Source of the DNA: Macrostomum lignano
Lineage: Eukaryota
NCBI GenBank assembly: GCA_002269645.1
Contig: NIVC01003318.1
Location: 1 to 64,000, forward strand
Length of the DNA stretch: 64,000 bases
Reading direction: 5' to 3'
A program made the translations under genes and the position numbers. Shown here in pieces: positions 23,385 to 37,369 of the stretch; position 1 is the first letter of the stretch; every line of letters starts with the position of its first letter. The notes beneath the pieces were generated by a model that saw nothing but the letters and a program-made list of their open reading frames with translations, did no database searches and was not told where the DNA came from.

Positions 23385-24838
23385 ATGACGCTCGAGCGCT
23401 ACTGGAATGACACCTACCTCGACACCCTGTTAGATCTGCGCATAGATTGTCTGCAGCAACCGCATGGTGCAACATGTGCAACTGCAACAGCTCTCGGCCT
23501 TTTAGCTAGCGTTGCAGTGCCAATCATTGTGGCTGTAGGCTGCTTCGGAAATCTAATCACGGCGCATATACTGCTAATCCGAATGCGTACTAAACGGTTA
23601 GCTGCAGGTCGCCAGTTCCGTGTCAGAGGCTTCACTAGGCAGCACATGTATCTTGGCTGGATATCACTGTCCGATGTGGGAAATCTCGTCAGCTGGGGCA
23701 TTGCTTGGCAGTTTCTAGCCAGAGGACTGCCCTGGATCAGCGGCGGAACGGTTGGCTACATCTTGCCAAACGTGTCAGACGCGGCTTGTCGCTCGTTCCG
23801 GTTTGTTCACAATTTCTTTCACACTCTGTCAGCTAATTGGTTTCTGTTGATGACGGTTGACCGGCTCGCCGCGTTGTACCTGCCGTTGCGAGCTCGTTCG
23901 CTAACTACCCGAGATGCAGGACGAGCTTTATTGGTAGCAGCTGCAACCACTTGGCCATGGTGTGTCCCGTCCCGTCTTCATCGGCTGGCACTACTGGAAG
24001 GGTCGAATCGCATGCCTGGCGGTGCCATCATTCGGTCGAGCTGTGCAGGTGTGAGCTGTTTCTTTTGCTACTTATAGTAGAAACAGTATTCTCGCTAACC
24101 AAAATGTGGGTAAAAATCCGAGCAATACCATAGTACGAGCTATTTCATTAATTGATTACTAGTCGAGTTCATCTCTGATCAGTGCCGTAGACCTATTCCA
24201 GAGACTTTTCAAAAGACTATTCCTGCTGCTTTCTCCCGTTGGCAGGTGTGGACAATAATTAGCAACGCTCTATTTATGCTGCCGCCAACTGTTCAGTTGC
24301 TGCTTATCGCTGTGCTGAACCTGCTGCTTCTAGCGCGGATAAGACATCGAATTCGTCGTGCAGTAGACCCCGATGCTCGACCAACAGACGCGTCATTGAC
24401 GACAAAAACTAGAATTGCCCACTCGCCCCAACTTTGCAAGTAATTCTCCTGTCAGCCATATTCCTCGCATCGAGTTTGCCAACCTGTGTAGTTGCCATGA
24501 TGGTATTGCATAGAACAGTGTTCGCAAACGACGGTAACGCTCAGATGCTCCGTTCGGTGCTCAACATTGGCGACATCGGCCAGATTCTACTGTTGGCTAA
24601 CCAGGCGGCCAACTGGCTTGTTTTGGTCTGGAAAGATCACCGATTTCGGGGTCATCTGTTGGAAATGTTTGGCCGATACAATCGGTCTCAAGTTAGCGCT
24701 GCAATCGGTCAAGGCGTTGCAGAGAATTGCAACCTCAGAGGATGCAGCAGTTCGGCTGCTGGAGTTGGCTCAATCTCGAATAGGCAAACCCGAGTCATAG
24801 TTAGAAAAGTTGCTTCCTCAACGAATTTCTGTTCTTAA
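23385..24838 (+). CDS. Orphan class A GPCR (paralog 1); intron 24049-24245 and about three single-base frameshifts
   Basis: GCFGNLIT (TM1), LSDVGNL (TM2), TVDRLAA (DRY variant). Alignment to the paralog at 28765-30462 restores VFIGWHYWKGRIACLAVPSFG across frameshifts at ~23950-23970; another frameshift lies at ~24430. Confidence 0.8.
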
Positions 24839-24875
24839 TGTTGAGTATCGACTACTTGAAATGCGACGAAAGCTA

Positions 24876-25240
<365 letters not shown>

Positions 25241-26453
25241 TCAGATCGATAAGGTTTAATATAAGCCAGCTAAATATTTTTCTTCAATCTACTATCGCCA
25301 GTGCGTACTGTCACAAGCGGACTCTGAGCTCAATGTGCTATCAATCTCAGTTTTGGCTCCACAAGATAAGCAAGTCTTAAAGACCCGTCCATTTGTAGCA
25401 AATGAAGGCTACAAAGGCTTTTTTCACCGTAATCAATTACAAGCCATCAAATCACACAGCAGAAGAGTATGACTTCGATTGAGGGATGGCGTAGTAGTTG
25501 CTAATGTACATTCTGTTTGGTAACTATGGAATCTCGAGTAAATAGAGAATGGTCTGTCTTCGGTTTTGTATATACATTTTGTACAGTTATAGTTTGGAAT
25601 CGATCAGTACGGAAAGACGAACAGATGGTTTTTTACTTTAAGTACAGTATGGTAAGCTTGTTACATTATGTGCCTGTTGACATAGCTGAATAAAAACTGA
25701 TATCAATCAATATCGCGCGTATCGTCAGAAAGTAAAAAATATATATCCTTGAAGATCGAGTTACGGATTTATTGAATATTTAAACGCCGGCGAACTCAAA
25801 TCGTAAAATAAATATTTGATTTACGGCGTTCTACTAACCAACGCAGAGCAAATTTATGCTATATAGTTAGCGAACTCGCTTTGAAATTTTTTCTCAAGCA
25901 ACTTTAGATCAGTGATTGCTTTGTTTTACTAGGCTAAAAGCTTTTAAGAAGCTCAGCCTTTATTTAGGGTTCCAGGACATTTCGTCAACTGGTATTTTGT
26001 CAACCAGACATTACAGCAACCGGACATTTGGTTCAAGCCAAAATTATTCGTCCGTCATGTTAGCCGTTAACGTTAACATATTTAAGTTTAAGTTCTTATT
26101 TTATGTGTTATCATAGAAAATATTGAAACCATGTGCATGGTGTTCAGGTACCATGCATGGTACGAGTATTGCGACACCATTGAGGAAAATTTACTTCCAA
26201 GAAGTGTTAAACAAATTTGAAATCGCATTACCTACTTCTCAAATTCTCTGGCTGGTGCTTAGAACTGGCTTAGTGGCTCCAGAAAGTAAATAAGAAAAAA
26301 CTCACATTTTACGACAGAACTAATTCAATAAAAACTCTACGAACTGTCTATGGCGAGATCGTGTTTAGGAGCAATCGCTTGTGTAAATTCTAATGAAACA
26401 AACAACCAATAGGACAGGTTCAATATGAACTTCAATAACAAGTTGGCTAATCA

Positions 26454-27216
26454 TCTATATATCATTCTTCTATATATCTAAATCTAAGCTGTCTCTGTCT
26501 GTCTGTCTGTCTGTCTGTGCGATAGATAATAGAAAAAAATGGCTTAACTGATTTCCACCAAACTTGCACCATTCGATCAGAAATTTCTCCATGACGGTAC
26601 ATGGGTCGTGGCTAAGAAATTGCTCAATGCTAAAGGATTAAATATTCGAAAAACTGTATTTCCCTATCTAATTAGTGAATTTTTCTTGCAGTGAGAGCTC
26701 AATACGTCTATGGCCATAGACTAAACTTCAATTCTTGAGCTGATGCTATGAGTTTTAGATAACTATACATAGCTTATTAAATTGTAAAATTTATGAATAT
26801 CTTTGTCTTCAACTTGAATTGTTTGAATCCGGAACTGATTGTTTGAATTAAAGTCGGGGGTTACTAAAGTGCATAATCACTTGAACAGAAATGCCTAAAC
26901 GACAATTGCCTAATGCCTAAACGGCAATTGCTGAGATGTCAAGGCTTAATGGGGAATTGCTAAGATGTCAAGGCTTATGGGGCATTGCTGGGATGTCAAG
27001 GCTTATGGGGAATTTCTAAGATGTCAAGGCTTGTGGGATTGTTGAGATGTCAAGGCTTACTGGGAGCATTGCTAAGATGTTATTGTCAAGGCTTACAGCT
27101 GGTGGAGTCGCTGAGATGCCAAGGCTTACTGGAAGCATCGCATGGGTCTATTCTTTAATATATTAGCAATATTTTCATTTTCCTTTTTGCACTCCCCGAA
27201 CGGGCTGGATTGCTAG
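26454..27216 (+). mobile_element. Non-autonomous Helitron with (GTCT)n near the 5' end and an internal ~27-bp tandem repeat
   Basis: A|TCTATAT start; CCCGAACGGG hairpin followed by CTAG|T end. Tandem unit GAGATGTCAAGGCTTA... at ~26930-27135. Confidence 0.75.
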
Positions 27217-27890
27217 TCTATAGCTAAATCACCTATTGAATCGGTTAATATGAAGACAGGAAGAAGATAAAAAACTAGCAAACTACCAATTGAATTTCGA
27301 AAATTTCAAAAGAAGCCCTTCAGGATACTCGAATGTTTCTCAGTGCCTTCATACTCCCATTATTGTACGTAGTTTCATTATTCTCAAAGCAATCGGCAAC
27401 AGAGCTGGGTTGATTTAGTTCAAACTATTCCAACAGAATGACACAATTACTTCCTCCTATTTACTTTCAATTGCTATGTTATTGTACTCCCTTAATCTAT
27501 TGATAAATTGCTTCAGGACAGAATTTTTCACTGTATCCAAAACCCCTATTAACTCTATCTGTATTATCTCGAAAAATCGGTAAAAATGAGGTCAACACAC
27601 TTAAATAATCAGAAAAACATCAGCCTTCGGCTTCAGCTTCAGCATCAGTGATTTTCTGTTATCACCGAAATTAACAAGCAGGTGTAGGAGTCAATCTTTA
27701 TCTTCGTGTCGTTTTTGTTGGTAGATAAAACACATTGTAACAATTGATCCTAATGGGCAAGCTAGTAGACACAAAAAACTGAATAAAGTACATGCAAAAG
27801 CCTTTTATAAACGCTGGCTTTGGGTAATGTTTATTCTACCAGACTACAGTGTGCCACAAAAATCAATAATACAAGCTATGTTAAATTTGC

Positions 27891-28165
27891 NNNNNNNNNN
27901 NNNNNNNNNNNNNNNNNNNNNNNNNNNNNNNNNNNNNNNNNNNNNNNNNNNNNNNNNNNNNNNNNNNNNNNNNNNNNNNNNNNNNNNNNNNNNNNNNNNN
28001 NNNNNNNNNNNNNNNNNNNNNNNNNNNNNNNNNNNNNNNNNNNNNNNNNNNNNNNNNNNNNNNNNNNNNNNNNNNNNNNNNNNNNNNNNNNNNNNNNNNN
28101 NNNNNNNNNNNNNNNNNNNNNNNNNNNNNNNNNNNNNNNNNNNNNNNNNNNNNNNNNNNNNNNNN
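27891..28165. other. Assembly gap (275 N) whose flanks share an identical 28-bp sequence
   Basis: TCAATAATACAAGCTATGTTAAATTTGC at 27863-27890 and at 28166-28193. Confidence 0.98.
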
Positions 28166-28764
28166 TCAATAATACAAGCTATGTTAAATTTGCTGACAAT
28201 GGAATGCATGTACGAGCGATATATGCTGATGTGTGCGAAAAGCTATTGTTAAAAGAAAGTGTGGAAATAGTATCATTGGAAAAAATAATTTACGTCGAAA
28301 AGGTGCACTGTGACTATTTAATCAAGTAAATACTTGTATTACCATTAAGTAGCGACTAATTTTCTACAGTGCGAAATTATCGTTTAAATTTTAATTTAAC
28401 GAAATCAGCGATTTCAGTAACGATTGTTTGAGGAAAACAACTCCGACACATCTACCTGTAGCTACGAATAAGTTTAGTTATTCCGAATCTAAAATAATGG
28501 TCAGGTAAATATGTTATAAGTTTCGCATTTTTCATTTTCGCAATCACGCAGATGCAATATGTAAGTGTGTGACGACGTAAGTCTAAGTTCAGTGGCGCAA
28601 CCTGGGGGCGCTCTCGGCAGACCCTCGATCTTCACCGAATTTCTGGAGCCGCAATTGCTTATCTGTTTACGTTGGATTACTTCCGATCTTCTTGTAATTA
28701 CTTCTTTTTCAGTGATAGTTGACAGTCTTTGCAGGCTTACAGAGCGTGTCATGGACCGCCATGA

Positions 28765-30462
28765 TTACACTGCATTCTCGCTATTCGCCGGAGCACCAGC
28801 TGGACCGCCGTCCCCGCTCCCGGCTGGACCCCGATGCCTGACGGTCGAGGCCGCAGACTGCAGGCTAGTCCCGCTGCCGTAGACGCTAGTTGGCAGGCGA
28901 GCTTTGACCAGACCGCACGTCAGCGCTCGAACAAATCGCGCCCTGAACAGCTTATTTTCCAAACAAGAATTATCCAGTTGATTGACTGGTTAAACAGAAG
29001 CATGATTTGACCAACATCGCCAAGGTTAAGCACCGTGCGCAGCATGTTCTGGTCGGTGGTTGGGGAGAACACGGTCAGCTGCAGCACAATGTACTGGGCT
29101 ATGCAGGGCGGCATGCCCGACAGAAAGTAGACCAAGGACAGGAACAAGACTACTATTGACGGCCCTATCTCGTCGGATTCTTTATCTTTCTCTCCGCTGT
29201 TGGCCATGCTTTTTCGGTTGCGCAATATTTTTAACACTTTGCGCAACAGAAACAGGTTGACAATGCTGATGGCCAGCAGTTGCACCATCGGAGGTATCAT
29301 GAACAGGGCATTGCGAATTATCGTCCAGATGCGTACACCTTGGCCGAAAAATGGAACTGCCAGACAGGCAATCTTGTTGTCAAGGATGTACCAGCCGGTG
29401 AAGACAGGGACCGGAGCCACTAATATTAGCGATATCAGCAGCACTACTAGTAAGGCCTTCCAGGCGGAACGGTTTGTTAAAGTTCGAAATCTGAAGTCAA
29501 AATTAGACGGTTACTGCACACAGGCCTCTATAGAGATTAGGACAAACGAAATGCTTTGCAAGTCAAAGTGTTTTAGGGAAGCTTGTACATTAATCACTAC
29601 AGTACTTGATGCACGATAGTACACGCAGACGTAGAACTATTCATATAAGTCAATAAAAAACTTAACTATGCAACTTACATTAGAGGCTGTTGGTATATAT
29701 TTATTATTTCATCGACTTAAATATTTTCAAGGGTGCATTGCCAATACGAGGGTCGACCCACAGCTAGTTAGGGGCTATGTTAAGTACACACACACACACA
29801 GGTCGAATGCATATTCAGGTTAATTTAAGCTCGTTATAGTAATTGCATACACTCTGTGTCTCTATGACTGGCCCCTGACGAGTTGACTATTTCGGCAGGT
29901 GCCTGATAAATCCTAATTTAATGTGGCAGCTCTCTTACTTGAACGGATAATGGAGGGTGAGCACACGGTCCAGTGTCATCAGCAAGAACCAGTTCGCCGA
30001 CAGTACGTGGAAGAAGTTGTGCACAAAACGAAACAATCGGCAGGCGAGATCAGACACGTTGACCATGAAGAAACCGACAGTACCGCGGCTGATCCAGGGC
30101 AGGCCTTTGGCAACTATCTGCCAGCCCAGGCCCCAAGAGATGAGATTGCCACTATCTGACACAGCAATCAGTGCCAGGTAAAGATTCTGGCGACATTTAA
30201 GCCTCTGCTCGGACAGCATCACATAAGTTGTCAGCGTGTTGCCAATAACGCCAAAGAAGACAATAACGGGCACAAAGAAGATGCCCAGAGCGCCGAGAAC
30301 AGTGGCGCCGATGCAGAACGGTCGCTTGGTTGGGTCGCCGCTGCGACAGTCGCGAAGCAGATCGTCCAGAGCGTCGAGATAGCCGATGGTGGCAGTGTCT
30401 TGAAGAGAATCGTTCGCCGACATTTTCGATGCTGGAATGAGATGAAGCTCTGCAGGCTCCAT
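28765..30462 (-). CDS. Orphan class A GPCR (paralog 2); intron 29491-29938, frameshift near 28960
   Basis: Exon 1 30462-29939 (GVIGNTLT, VSDSGNL, TLDRVL) splices AA|A to exon 2 (FKFRTLTNRSAWK). Helix 8 continues in another frame (NKLFRARF). Highly similar to paralog 1. Confidence 0.85.
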
Positions 30463-33400
30463 CTATTAAATAATGCTTGAGAGGGCCAGGCTTAGCTAAT
30501 CCTTGTTCAAGCGTTCAGCGTTTCCGTTTTCGGAGCATTTGACTGTGTTTGAGCTCAATGAGAATTGCTAATTAGCTTTTCTCATGTTCAGAAGATTTAA
30601 TCAAATTTTAATCAAAAGTAAAAAGAGTGTGAAATTTGGAATCAAAAGATTTCTTGAATTGGTGTGCAAAAGAGGCTCTGGTTCTTTAAGCATTACTTTG
30701 ATGTTTTTGCTGTGATGAAGCAGTTGGAGGGTTTCGAAGCAGTTTCTTTCTGCTTTCTTTTTCAAAGCAGCTCACTTTTTCAGCTGATCTGTGATTGGCA
30801 TGATTGAAAGCAGTGTCTGTATTCATTGGACTAGTAGCTAATAAGGAGGCTGGCAGACTTCAACTGAAAATATAAATTTTAATTGTCAAATTTACGTGTG
30901 ACTTCATTAGTTAAAAGAGTTTTAATAAGATAATAATGCCAGTGGAGCATCAAAAAGCAAATTGAAAAAATCTGATTAAAATTAACAAACCGTTAACAGT
31001 AAAATCTAATGACAATTATTGCGCTTCACTCTACTTTAAGTAGGATCTGTAAGTCATTTACCGTTTTATAAGACGCATCTTTTTCCACGCATCTTATAAA
31101 CGAAGAACTGAACACACTCTACTTAGAAGTAACAAGCAATATGAATACAGGAATCCAAAATGAATGACATCAGGTTATACTAACGAAAACGTTGCAATCC
31201 AAGTTTTTGCACAAAAAATGTGTATTCACTATATTAACTTCGCACTGCATTAGCGACTGACTTTTTGGTCAGCAAACACTGCAAACAAAACTGCTACAGA
31301 TTCAAAGCTCGTTTTTTATCCAGGATTTTTCGAGCTAGATAGAGTACGGAAAAAAATTAACGAACTCCCCATTAGTTAATTGCAAAATAAACACACAGAG
31401 TTGTCCAAATTATCCGAGTTGAAGGCGTCACCCTAAGTACACTGCCACACTCATCAATAGATGCAAATGCAGCAGTACTATTTAAATATAAATTTACTCT
31501 AACGGAAAGATTTCTGTAAATAAAATCCTGTATTTTAACGTGCATTATTGGAGAATAAGTGTAATCAAGCCTTCTAAAATCTGCGGGAAACATTTTAAAT
31601 TGTATCATTGAATATCAATAAAAACATTTCCCTGGCTACTAAGAGCACTATATTGAAGCAGACAGACAATTGAGCCAAATGGGATTTAAACCTAAAGTCC
31701 CGAATCTTTAGGCTTTCCGGAGTGCAGAAAAACAAAACAAAACAAAAATTATCGGCTGAATTTCACTCGATAAATCAACTTGAGATGGCCAGACACGCTA
31801 TTTGGTTACTTGAACGAAGCGCAGTTTCACTTCTAGGTTAAGAACACAATTAACAGTATTAAGCGCTTATACATTCAACTTGAAAAGTACAGACTCAAGC
31901 ACACAAATTACAAGCACACCTTAACTTAAATAAACCTTCAATTAATACTCCCAAATAAGGATTGCGTTAATATCTTGATTCCTTCCAGGTTCTTACAGTG
32001 CATGGCTTATTATGAAGTCAGTAAGGAAATTGAGGATTTAGTGGGAGGGATCTGTTGACTTAACTAAGGGATCTTGGTCTGTGTAGAACATAGGAACGTG
32101 TCCATACGCTCGTAGGCTCTGACGAAATTCAGAATCACCCACATGTCGTCACACTGCTTTTCGATCGAGGGTTTCGAATTGAGCAGCGGTCGGAAACCGG
32201 GGTCTGGGGTCGGAGAATGTCAAAAAGCTTCGCAGTCCTAAAAATAATCCATGCTCGTACTGCCGCATTAGCGCGCACGCACTAAAACAAATCATTATAT
32301 TAAATCAAATTAAGAGTTCTTAAATATATTCAATGCACTTTATGCATATATACCAATTGGAGTTATTAGTAAAACAAATACTACTGGTTAATAAATTTTG
32401 GTCTACTACATACAATACGAGCTTTCCAAGTCGCAAGCACGGAGAAAAGAAGTCCCACCGAGCAGAACGGTGAGACTTAAATTAAACCTACTCTGTTTCA
32501 GCTTAATTTCGTTTCTTTTTTTAGTTGAGACTCCGGCAATCAATTAGGAAAATTGTTTGCGCGGTCCTGCTTGAACGAAGAAAATCCAGGGTGTAAACTG
32601 TCTTTAATTAGTTGATCAAGTTACAGGGCCCTTTTGTTTCCAAAAAAGCTTTCTCTAATTGTTCTCTTTGTCAGTCATTCGAGGTGAAATCTGATATCAC
32701 ACAGTCTTTCGTTCGAACTGCATTCGGTTTGGCCAGATAACTTTCCTTTGTCAGCTAGAAGCAATTATCAGCAATTATGTAATTTTATACGCAGCGACCG
32801 AACTTCGCATTAGTTGACGTTAGCAACTGCAATTTAGCACAAATGTTTTCCAGAAATGCAGATGCATCAGATGACAGTGTCGTTATTTTTCTCATTTTGA
32901 TGACGAGAAATAGCCTTTTTCTTACTTTGGAATTAGCTATGGTTTAACTCTATCGATGTGACTCATGTTTCCACCGCGAAACCAGGGGCGTTCCATAGCG
33001 GAATGGGCGCCCGCGCCTTCCCGCTGTGTCCCCTCCGGGACAGCCCTGCAGCTAAGTCAGGGGCGTTCCACATTGAGGCCTCTGGTTGCTACGTCGCATC
33101 TGTTTGTCCCTGTTTTAATAGAGCTTTGATGAATCAACAAGACAGATTAAGCACAAGTGAAAAGACCTTCATTTTATGCTGATGCCATTTGCTAAGCTTA
33201 CGAGTATTCTGCGCTTTCTCGTATATTATAAATTTTCGAGAATATATCGAACTGGAGAGCTAAACAGTCATTGTATTTTTGTACGAGTATTTTTGTCTTT
33301 TACTCGAAGTTTTGTCTGTTTGCGGCGCTGTAAACCGAAATAGTGTGGTAATAGAGTCTCTAAGTGAAGCAACGACAAGCTACTACGTGTGCTGAAACTA

Positions 33401-33586
33401 AATTACTACAATAAATTAAATGAGAAGTCGCTAACGTAACTAGACTAAACAACTAAATTACTAAAACTACTGAATTACTAAAGTAAAGACTAATTCTACT
33501 ACACTTAACTAGTTAATATAAAATAGGTTTCTTCTGTTTTGCTAGATTGCATCCGTTGCGGTCAATGCCAACAAAATTCAGAAACA

Positions 33587-34661
33587 TCAGCCACTGGTTG
33601 ATGACCTACTAGACTTGAAGGCCGTGAATTTGATCACTCGCAAGTAAGATGCTCGGAACTCAGCATTTAATAGACCATAAACTATGGCGTTCATGCTGCT
33701 ATTGAAAAATGACATCCACACCGAGTACTTGTGAAACATATTGGACAGGTGGATATCCATCTTTTCAGTGATCACTTGAACCAAATACGGCACCCAGCAG
33801 GCGTTAAACACCAGGAAAGCCGCCATGATCGTAAAAATGGCCCTCCTCTCGTCCCTGCTCAATGTTGTGTCGGCCGATTCACCCAAGTTAGCCTTGATCC
33901 GATAGAGTTTCCAGAAAATTGCTCCGTAAGCAAAGCAGGAAATGCACAGCGGCAGAAACACTCCGAATACAGCCAGCATGAAGGTAGCAGAGAACACATA
34001 CTTCTCGTCGTAGTTGAAGCACGCGAAGGCATCGGCAAGGTAGGTAAAGTTATCCGTAGCTCCTTCTACGCCACTGTAGATAAACCAAATCACCCAAATC
34101 AGTAAAGTTATTAGCAGCGTCGATCGTCCCGTGAAAATTCTGTCATAAAGGTGACGCTTGATAACGAAGCAATATCTGAAAGGGAGATTTTTTGGAGTTT
34201 AGAAAGTCTACAGAGATAAAAGAATATTTTTGAAACAAATTTTCATCTAACCTATTCAGAGCAATCGCACAGAAGTTGCTGTTCGATATGCCAGTGCAAG
34301 CGAATGATACGAAAGCATTAAATATGCATTGCGCATCAGTGAATATGTTCTTATTAGAGATGCGAGCAGAGAGCACACACGGCAGGACATATCCGCTAAC
34401 GAGCAGGTCGGCAGAGGCAATGCTCAGTATAAAATAGTATTGCGGCTTCTGCATTCGTTTTGTTGTCAGAATGCTAATGATCAGCAGCAGGTTTCCAATA
34501 ACGCCAATAGCGATAAAGATCGATAAAACTACGCAGTCGGCAATCTTGTCAGCTAAGACGTCCGGCATTGGACAGGCGAACTCATCTCTGCTGTGCTCGT
34601 CCTCCTCCTCAATGCAGTCCCTTGGCGCCACCGTAGTGGAGGTTTCGTTGTCAGCCTCCAT
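33587..34661 (-). CDS. Melatonin-receptor-like class A GPCR, copy A (intron 34176-34251)
   Basis: Spliced TM3 motif ALNR|Y (NRY) and TM7 NSSMNAIVYGLLNAEFR (NAxxY); both are diagnostic of the melatonin receptor family. Confidence 0.85.
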
Positions 34662-35249
34662 AGCCTGTCGCTCTGATGCCGGATCTTTGGGTCTGCCAAT
34701 CGCGTTATTATTATTTTATATGACTTTAGCACAGCTCAGACACAGTGCTGCTATCCAATAAGACCATAGCTCAGTCGTTGGGGTAGACAAACTCAGACAG
34801 TAAATATGAACCAATGGCAAATATAGTGTTTGATTTGTTTTGCAGAGATGGGAAAGAGATTCTGACAGTGAAAAACAACAGTTTAAACTAATTTACTTAA
34901 GCAAAGCGGATGTACCATATGCATGAACGCGATGCCTTTATTTTCGTGCTTTTACGGGTTTGTCTAAGTTAAATCTACATCCGAAACTTTCCTGCAAGCA
35001 ATAAATCATAGAGCTATACACAATACAGCTAGTTCGTATATACTCGTATTAGGCTTAAGAGTCAAAATGGCTGCTTTCTACAACTTGGGTGAGCTAAACT
35101 ATCAAAAAACTACATACAGAAGCAAGCAGCTACGAGCTAAAACGAATAATGACTATTGTTGCTTTAGTCAAAAAATATGCGGTTTTTGCAGTCCCAAGCT
35201 GCATACAGATTGGTTTCATTCACTGTAGATAATGTCAGTGAATCAAAAC

Positions 35250-36325
35250 TCAGGCTCTTGTCGACGATGGTCTAGCCTTGAAGGCCTTGAATTTGATCAC
35301 TCGCATGTAAGACGCGCGAAAGTCGGCATTTAGCAAACCATAAACTATGGCGTTCATGCTGCTATTGAAAAATGACATCCAGACCGAGTACTTGTGAAAC
35401 ATTTCTGTGAGATCGACTTCCATCTTTTCAGCTATCGCCTGAACCAAATACGGCACCCAGCAGGAGTTAAACACCAGGAAAGCCACCATGATAGTAAAAA
35501 TGGCCCTCCTTTCGTCTCTGCTCAATGTGGTTTCGATTGATTCACCCAGGCTCGTCTTGATCCGATAGAGTTTCCAGAAAATTGCTCCGTAAGCAAAGCA
35601 GGAGATGCACAGTGGCAGAAACACTCCGAATACAGCCAGCATGAAGGTAGCAGAGAACACGCTTTTCTCGTGGAAGTTGAAGCATACGAAGGCGTCAGTA
35701 AGGTAAATGTAGTTACCTGTTGCACCTTTCACAGCACTGTAGATAAACCAAATTACCCAAATCAGTAAAGTTATAAGCAGCGTTGATCGGCCCGTAAAGA
35801 TTCTGTTATAAATGTGACGCTTTATAACAAAGCAGCATCTGCGGGTAAGAAGCTTATGAATCTTAGAAACTCTAGGAATTAGAAAAAATACTGTGAAACA
35901 AATTTTTCACCTAACCTGTTCAGAGCAATCGCACAGAAGTTGCTGTTCGATACGCCAGTGCAAGCAATTGACACAAAAGCATTGAATATGCATTGCGCAT
36001 CAGTGAATATGTTCTTATTAGAGATGCGAGCAGAGAGCACACACGGCAGGACATATCCGCTAACGAGCAGGTCAGCAGAGGCAATGCTCAGTATAAAATA
36101 GTATTGCGGCTTCTGCATTCGTTTTGTTGTCAGAATGCTTATGATCAGCAGCAGGTTTCCAATAACGCCAATAGCGATAAAGATCGATAAAACTACGCAG
36201 TCGGCAATCTTGTCAGCTAAGACGTCCGGCATTGGACAGGCGAACTTATCTCTGCTGTGCTCGTCCTCCTCCTCAATGCAGTCCCTTGGCGCCACCGTAG
36301 TGGAGGTTTCGTTGTCAGCCTCCAT
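35250..36325 (-). CDS. Melatonin-receptor-like class A GPCR, copy B (intron 35839-35915)
   Basis: Tandem paralog with the same intron position; NRC in place of NRY; NAIVYG conserved. Confidence 0.85.
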
Positions 36326-36513
36326 GGTCTGCCGTTCTAATCTCAGAAGTCTGATTTATGTGACGACGGCAGTTTGCGATATTTATATATTCTAAGCACA
36401 ACAAACAGGCCGCAAGCCAATAGGGCCGTAGTTAAGGCGTTGGGGACAGGCACAGCCGTAAATTATCGACCAATGGTAGAATGCGTTGTTCCTATTATTC
36501 CTATCATTCCTAT

Positions 36514-37006
36514 CAACCAACCAACCAACCAACCAACCAACCAACCAACCAACCAACCAACCAACCAACCAACCAACCAACCAACCAACCAACCAACCAA
36601 CCAACCAACCAACCAACCAACCAACCAACCAACCAACCAACCAACCAACCAACTAACCAACCAACCAACCAACCAACCAACCAACCAACCAACCAACCAA
36701 CCAACCAACCAACCAACCAACCAACCAACCAACCAACCAACCAACCAACCAACCAACCAACCAACCAACCAACCAACCAACCAACCAACCAACCAACTAA
36801 CTTAAAAAGCAACAACTAATCAACTAACCAACCAACCAACCAACCAACCAACCAACCAACCAACTAACCAACCAACCAACCAACCAACCAACCAACCAAC
36901 CAACCAACCAACCAACCAACCAACCAACCAACCAACCAACCAACCAACCAACCAACCAACCAACCAACCAACTAACTTAAAAAGCAACAACTAATCAACT
37001 AACCAA
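36514..37006. repeat. (CAAC)n microsatellite with a duplicated interruption
   Basis: About 490 bp; AACTAACTTAAAAAGCAACAACTAATCAACT occurs twice. Confidence 0.97.
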
Positions 37007-37369
37007 ACAATTACATGTAAACAGCCAAAACAAAAAAACAAGCAAGCAAAACGAAAAAGTTTTTAATCGCACATGTAAATTTGATTTCATCCATAACATA
37101 AAGTTCAGTCATTTTTATATAAAAACAAGCTGTTGAATCCCGCGAATTTTGAACCCGCTGCAGAATTCCGATCCCCGGAACTATTTTTGCATGCATTCTT
37201 AAATCTGAATTCATACTCAGACAGAAGATTGTTAATAGTTAACTTAGAATAGAATTATAAGCTAGATAGAATTATTAATTATAATAGTAAATTTGTGTTA
37301 AATTTAGATTTGAGGCAAGCATTGATCTCGTTGGCTTGGGTGCCAGGCGGAATGACAAATAACTCTAGT

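Noticed and set aside
26148-26163. 16-bp perfect palindrome GTACCATGCATGGTAC
   Set aside because: Too short and isolated to assign a function.
27820-28329. ORFs spanning the N run
   Set aside because: Artifacts of the assembly gap.
36374-36819. ORFs with (QPTN)n and (LVGW)n
   Set aside because: Translations of the (CAAC)n microsatellite.
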